From Podarcis muralis (lineage: Eukaryota), in NCBI RefSeq assembly GCF_964188315.1, contig NC_135656.1, forward strand, positions 106,702,001 to 106,766,000: a stretch of DNA of 64,000 nt, given 5' to 3'. The translations under genes and the position numbers were made by a program. Below, piece by piece: positions 58,206-64,000 of this stretch (its first letter is position 1; every line of letters starts with the position of its first letter). The notes beneath the pieces were generated by a model, which searched no databases, had not been told where the DNA came from, and saw only the letters and a program-made list of their open reading frames with translations.

Positions 58206-58429
58206 ACGCTGATTCCCGGACAGTCTGCAGGCCGGACTGAGAAGGCGATTGGGCCACATCCAGCCCCTGCACTTTAGGTTGCAAACCCCTAGTTTAAACA
58301 ATCGTTAACCTTTCTGCCTCTGCTTATCTCACACAGAGAAGCTTCCAGTAGCTTCCAGAACCCTCTTGAATGAATTAGAATAGGAAAGCTATCTACCCAT
58401 TAGATCAATCCTTTCTGCACTAAGAAATG

Positions 58430-59079
58430 CAAACTGACATGATGATGGTACAAAACACTGAAACTATTTTGTCCTGGAATGGTGTCTGATATGCCTTGGG
58501 TCTCAGGTACTTGAGCCTAGCTGCCCCATAGAAGAGTCCCACCACTACCAAGTGGGTGAGGCAAGTGCCCATACTTTCTGACTCTTTCCTAAACAGCGGG
58601 CACCAAGACTTGCAGAGAGGTCTCCAACCAAACCGCTGCTATCAGAGCCAGGCAGATATTCCTCCTAGTAAGGACCGGATGTTGCAAAAGCTTGCATATG
58701 GCCCCATACCTGCCATAGGACATTGCTGCAAGGATGAGGCATTCTGCCGTACCCGTCATCAGAGTGGAAAATATCTGAGCTGAACATCTAGCCAGAGAAA
58801 TGACATTCATCTTGCTTCCAAAATCCACAACCATTTTAGGGCCAGTGGCAAGTGTTTGACAGATGTCCATGAAGGCCAACTGGCTAAGGAAAAAATACAT
58901 TGGAGGGTGAAGAGCAGAATCCGCCTGGATCAGATAGAGAAAGAGGCTGTTTTCAGAGAGGACCGTGCCGTGATGAACATAAAGACCAGCAGAGCAAAGA
59001 AAAGAGCGGGCAACCAGGTTTGGCTTTAAAAAACTCTCAAGAGTAAATTCAGTCCATGATGTTGCATTGTACTTTCCAT
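58430..59079 (-). pseudogene. OR pseudogene with frameshifts and an internal TM4/ECL2/TM5 deletion
   Basis: NATSWTEF in a shifted frame after ATG 59079; ENSLFLYLIQADSALHPPMYFFLSQLAFMD...MSYGRYGAIC; stop at 58589; then directly GTCLTHLVVVGLFYGAA...DKIVSVFCTII in another frame. Confidence 0.9.
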
Positions 59080-59308
59080 TCCTTTTACTGCTGCCTCACA
59101 AGAGTGCAATTATAGGCCACATTCAGGTTTCATACAAGCCAGGTCTGGGGCTGAAAGTATAGCCTATATCCAGACCAACACGGTAAATGTAATAAACCAG
59201 GGTTGCTATATTTCAGAAGGTGAAAATCCAGACACTGAAGTTGTTTTTTGGCCAAAGTTGTTGAGGTTTTCTTAGTTTTGCCCAAATTGGTTGAGCGTTT
59301 TTGCAAAA

Positions 59309-59350
<42 letters not shown>

Positions 59351-59491
59351 TGACATTTTTGAGCTATTTTTGAGGATATTCGCCAAAATCTAGACTTCCA
59401 ACATGTAATGTCAATGATGGTGGGTTCAAAGCAAACCAGATCCACAGTCTAAGTACAATGGAAGCATTTAACTGGAGCTAAATCAATACTA

Positions 59492-59855
59492 AGGGACGCG
59501 GGTGGCGCTGTGGGTAAAAGCCTCAGCGCCTAGGGCTTGCCGATCGAAAGGTCGGCGGTTCGAATCCCCGCGGCGGGGTGCGCTCCCGTTGTTCGGTCCC
59601 AGCGCCTGCCAACCTAGCAGTTCGAAAGCACCCTCGGGTGCAAGTAGATAAATAGGGACCGCTTACTAGCGGGAAGGTAAACAGCGTTTCCGTGTGCGGC
59701 TCTGGCTCGCCAGAGCAGCAATGTCACGCTGGCCACGTGACCCGGAAGTGTCTCCGGACAGCGCTGGCCCCCGGCCTCTTGAGTGAGATGGGCGCACAAC
59801 CCTAGAGTCTGTCAAGACTGGCCCGTACGGGCAGGGGTACCTTTACCTTTACCTT
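59492..59855 (+). mobile_element. Sauria SINE (second subfamily) with 13-bp TSD
   Basis: TAAATCAATACTA at 59479-59491 and 59856-59868. Confidence 0.93.
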
Positions 59856-61249
59856 TAAATCAATACTAGTACTATTATTTGTTTCTTATAGGGTTGCCAT
59901 ATGTTCAGATTTTTCCGGACGTTTCAGTGATTTCTGTCCAGACACTGCTTCCGGCTGCCGTATTCCGGCTATGTCACCACCATTGACATTAACATTGTAA
60001 AAAAATAATTTATGTGAATTTAGATGAAAAAAAAATAATTTAGATGAACGAACTTCCCTGTCTTTCTGCTTTTGAGCAAGTTTTAATTTGCTAAGTGCTA
60101 CTCAGTCTCTCATTAAAACTTCTTTAATTACATTACTCAGGGCGAAAATAGTCTTAGTCTTCAACAAGACCCATTGGTACATGTTAATTGGGTTCATTAA
60201 AGAGCTATTGTTTTAACAAACTAAAACTGTTTTGTAAAAAATAACCTCAAGGGGAAAGGTTTCAGTTAATGAGGTTCATTGCTTCTGGGAGGTAGTTAGT
60301 TGTTGTTGCAAAGAAGCACTTCAGGGAAACTCTGAGATATATGGAACTCTTCAAAAGTTTCTATTTGAAATAGCCCGTGATGGATTCTCAAGAGATTTAA
60401 ATTTATTTGTTTTGATTAGATTCTGTATTGATTTTTTCCCCACAGGAAAATTATCCCAGATCATAAGATGTATCATTCAGACACTAAAACAGGTGCACAT
60501 TCCTATTTGTCCCAGTGAGTGCCCTTTAACATATAAATGATTATCTCCACTGTCAGTTTCTAATTACTGATCAAACAGGAATCTTCTAATAGCCAGCTTC
60601 TCTTCCTCTCTCTTTGGGTTCACATGGCTAATCTCTGCATGTGCACAGCTAAATGGCAGAACCTACAAAGGCTGCTTGACTTGAAACCCATAACTTGGAA
60701 ATGGACTAAATTACTTATCCGCTATTGGCTATAATATGCCATTTATTGGAAAGCTCATGTCTCATCTGGATGCTCCATCTGCTACAAACTGTTAGTTACT
60801 GATGACAACAGGATTAGGTCACTTCTGTTCCAACTGTTATGAATAGTAGAGGTGACTTGTTTCAGTGAGAGAGCATTTTCATAAAAATAGACATTGATGA
60901 AGACCTTGCTCTGTCTCATTACTACGTGCATTCATCTCTCTTAGATGGACTTGATGTTCAAATGACTACAAAAGGAGATGGAAGCAGGAAAGGTGAACTA
61001 AAGGAGAGGGGGCAGAGCCAGCCCACCCATGTGGCGCACTGAGGCAGCCACTTCGGGTGGCAGAATCCTGTGGGGTGGTGACCCTGTGGGTGCCCTCCCC
61101 ACCCTGTTGTCACCACTGGAGAAAGGGAAAGAAGAAGAAGCTTCCAGTGAGATCTCATGGAGCTCTCATGAAATTGTTGCTGGGAAGCCACTTCAACCTA
61201 AGGGAAGGAGATGCAGGAATAAAACTATAGGATACCTGAAAAATTGTCT

Positions 61250-61580
61250 AACCCCTTATACACCCAATTGATCATGGTACTCAAGAGGTCAAGGCCTCTT
61301 GAAGGTACCACCTGATCAGGAGTTCCATTCTGTACAATATAAGAATTGAGGCTTTAGTGTTGTGGCACCTGCCTGCTGGGATTCCCCCTCCCCCATTAAA
61401 TATTAGACAGGCACCATCTCTGTTGTCTTTTTGGCGCCTACTGAATACTGTCCTCTTTCAACAAGCCTTTTAAGTCGGGATATTTGGTCCCCATTTGCAT
61501 CTGTATGGGAATTGTTTTAAATATTCTTTTTTAAAAAATGTATTTTTACTCTTTTATTGCTTGCTGTTGGAAGCAGGAAA
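61250..61580 (+). mobile_element. Degraded L2-like 3' fragment
   Basis: gctttagtgttgtggcacctgcctgctgggattccc..ggcaccatctctg..cttttggcgcctactgaa pattern. Confidence 0.5.
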
Positions 61581-62371
61581 AGAGATGTTTGAGACTCAAA
61601 GATTTCCCAGATAACACAAAGGAAACCAGTCAATGCAAGTTCCGTGCTCCAGAAATAACAAGCTATTGAGTCCTCAGCGAATTTCTTCAAGAACTGGATT
61701 CTTCTGGGACTGACAGTCATCCTGGAGGAATATAAAATCATTGTTTGTTTCCTCCTAAGTTCTCATCCATCACTGAATGAGCAGCAGAACAGTTACTCTC
61801 CAGAATGATCCGCTTTCCTGCTTTGATTGAATTATGCTTCTCCTTGGCTTGTTGACTTATCCATCATACTTTATCAGAGACCACTTAATTGACAAAATAT
61901 ATATTCCATGTAGATCTAGGAGGAACAGTGGCAAATGCAGTTGGTTCAAGTGCAAATTCTACTGTCAGAATGAAGCTTGACAGCTGCTTCAGAGATAGAA
62001 CTAGTTGAACAGGTTTTCAGGTTAATAATGTATGGGCACAATTTTGGGAGAGAGTGGTTCATGCATGAAGAAGAATCTATTTCCAGTTGTGGCCATAAAG
62101 GATGAAGGTAAGCAAATGCTTCAATAGTCAAAACTGTCATTCTATCTGCATAGACATAATGGACACCAAGGAATGGAACCTTCCAGATTTTCATCCAAAA
62201 AATTCCAAAATATTTAAAAGGGTCATTGGTGTTCTTGCTGTTCTAAATGAGTGTGTGAGTATAGGAAAGATCCGTTAGCTGAGAATCTGAGACCTAAGAC
62301 AATGAGGAAGTTAGCTTTTCCTTGCTTTGGTGGTTATGTATACAGTTGGCTCTTGAAAAACAAGTTTTCCT

Positions 62372-63204
62372 CCTTTGCGTGGACAGGCGGAGTCCCCAGA
62401 TCCCACGCGGTCTCCCCGTCATGTGGAATAACGACTCAAGACAACGTGCTATGGGGTTAAATTGGCCACAACTTTATTAAATTTCAAATGTGGGTAGACC
62501 TTGGCTCAGGCATTGGGTGTTCTCCCTCCCCAGTCCCCAGCCGGGGACCTAGGGAGCATCAGGGTTATCCAGTGTGTGGGGGGGGGATGGGCCGGCTCTG
62601 GAGAACATATGTTCAAGCAGAGATAGCCGCCCCCGTAACGCCGCCACCGCAGGGGAGAGCAATGACGACCTTTCGGCGTACGGTCAAAGCCTCCCTTCAG
62701 AAACCCCTTTAACGGGGAACCCTGGTATCGCCGCTGCAAAGAGGAAGATGGACAAAAGGATTCCGCCCAAGGCCTGATACCGCCAAAGTTGTGACGTTTT
62801 GCTACGGGAAAGGCGAAACCTGCCAATGCAGGGAAATTCCTTTCCGGCCCTTTAACAGCGACCTTAACGTAGCAGCGCCCGCATACCTGTGAAGAAAAGT
62901 TAACCTGCAAAACCTGTGAAGAAAAGTTAACCTGCAAAATAAGACATTAACTGAGGGTGGGTAGGGTGGGAGAAGCTCTGGAGCCAAGTGAGGATTCCCA
63001 GGTAAGATCCTCCCTCTATTGTGTGGGCAGGTAATCCCTCCCCTACCTGGCCTGGTCTCCTTGGCAACGCTTCCCCCAGGTGGGATTGGACAACTGACTG
63101 AGGTAGGCGGAGACCTCCAGGTATCCCACCTGAGGGAAGGCAAAGCCAAGCCTATGCTGTTGGAGCCGCTCCAGATCTAGGGGCTGCACGTGTCCACGCA
63201 AAGG
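62372..63204 (-). mobile_element. Unclassified repeat related to 20681-21439, containing a 14-bp inverted repeat pair
   Basis: CCTTTGCGTGGACA (62372-62385) and TGTCCACGCAAAGG (63191-63204); shared motifs cgtagcaa..cgtcacaacttt, ccaatgcct(a/g)agccaa and aataaagttgtggcc on the - strand. Confidence 0.5.
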
Positions 63205-64000
63205 GCGCCCCCCGTTTTAAGCGGGGAGCGGTCATTATGTGTGCTTCTGCTGCCAGAGGGAATGAAATGACCTTTGGCTGAGCGGTAAAATCTTTGACTG
63301 GCTGCAACAGGACAGGGGTGGGAATCATCAGGATGGGAGAGACCTGAAGACCCCGTAAAGCAGCCTTCCCCATGCTGAGACTCTCCAAATGTGTTGGACT
63401 TCTAATCTCAGCCAATGATCAGGGCTGTCGAGAGTTGTAGTCCAGTCCCTCTGAAGGACACCAGACTACTAAAGGCTTGTTAAAGAGAAGCCCATATGGA
63501 TGAAGGAAGTTATCCTTCATTGCTAGGAGAAGTCTGATGGAGCAAAGAAACAGAATCATCACCCAGTCTGACCTGGTAAAGGAAATTCTCACTGTCCCTA
63601 AATATTGTGACCATCTGGTTCCTGAAAACAAAACCCATTTTCTGAGGGGCTTCTTACCCCAGCAGACCATTTTCAGTTTTCAGACTAGGGTCAAACTAGG
63701 GGTGGTAGTGGCTTAATAATGTGTCTGCCTATTTATGCATGAAGTTGGGGGGCAGGCGGGGGTTGCAGCTGCAGCAGAGTGCACACAATCATAGAGTCAT
63801 AAGGGACCTGGGAGATCATGCAGTCTGCAATCCGCAGTACAAATGCAACATCCTTATCCAGAGTCTATTGAAATGACTGTAGTGAATGAGGTTGTCTCTT
63901 CTATTGTCAATCAGTTTTTACTGCAAGAAAGTCCCTCCTGACCTATAGCCAAAATATGCTTCCCTGAAATTTTACCTCTTGACTCTAGAGCTTCTGTTTG

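Noticed and set aside
62885-62939. 27-bp tandem duplication (acctgtgaagaaaagttaacctgcaaa x2)
   Set aside because: A simple slippage duplication inside a repeat element; no independent significance evident

Overview
This is vertebrate genomic DNA from a squamate reptile, probably a lacertid lizard, judged from the Sauria-SINE, Squam3-like SINE, BovB and (ATTCTATG)n-tailed CR1 repeats. It is part of an olfactory receptor (OR) cluster. Seven ORs have intact single-exon ORFs: four + strand tandem paralogues (OR1-OR4) in recently duplicated 4-10 kb units, and three - strand genes (OR5-OR7). Three further OR pieces are pseudogenes or fragments. The cluster carries many transposons: a full-length CR1 LINE with both ORFs intact (9449-13900), a near-identical 5'-truncated CR1 in the opposite orientation, Tc1/mariner- and hAT-type MITEs (one holding a 119-bp GC-rich minisatellite), many SINEs and a solo LTR. 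The most unusual element is a very young Copia-type LTR retrotransposon (47628-51455). Its 445-bp LTRs look identical, it has a 5-bp TSD, and its single open ORF encodes gag, protease and integrase but no reverse transcriptase or RNase H. Because the paralogous units supply empty insertion sites, many junctions could be read directly. All alignments were done by eye, and family names come from motif recognition, not database searches.
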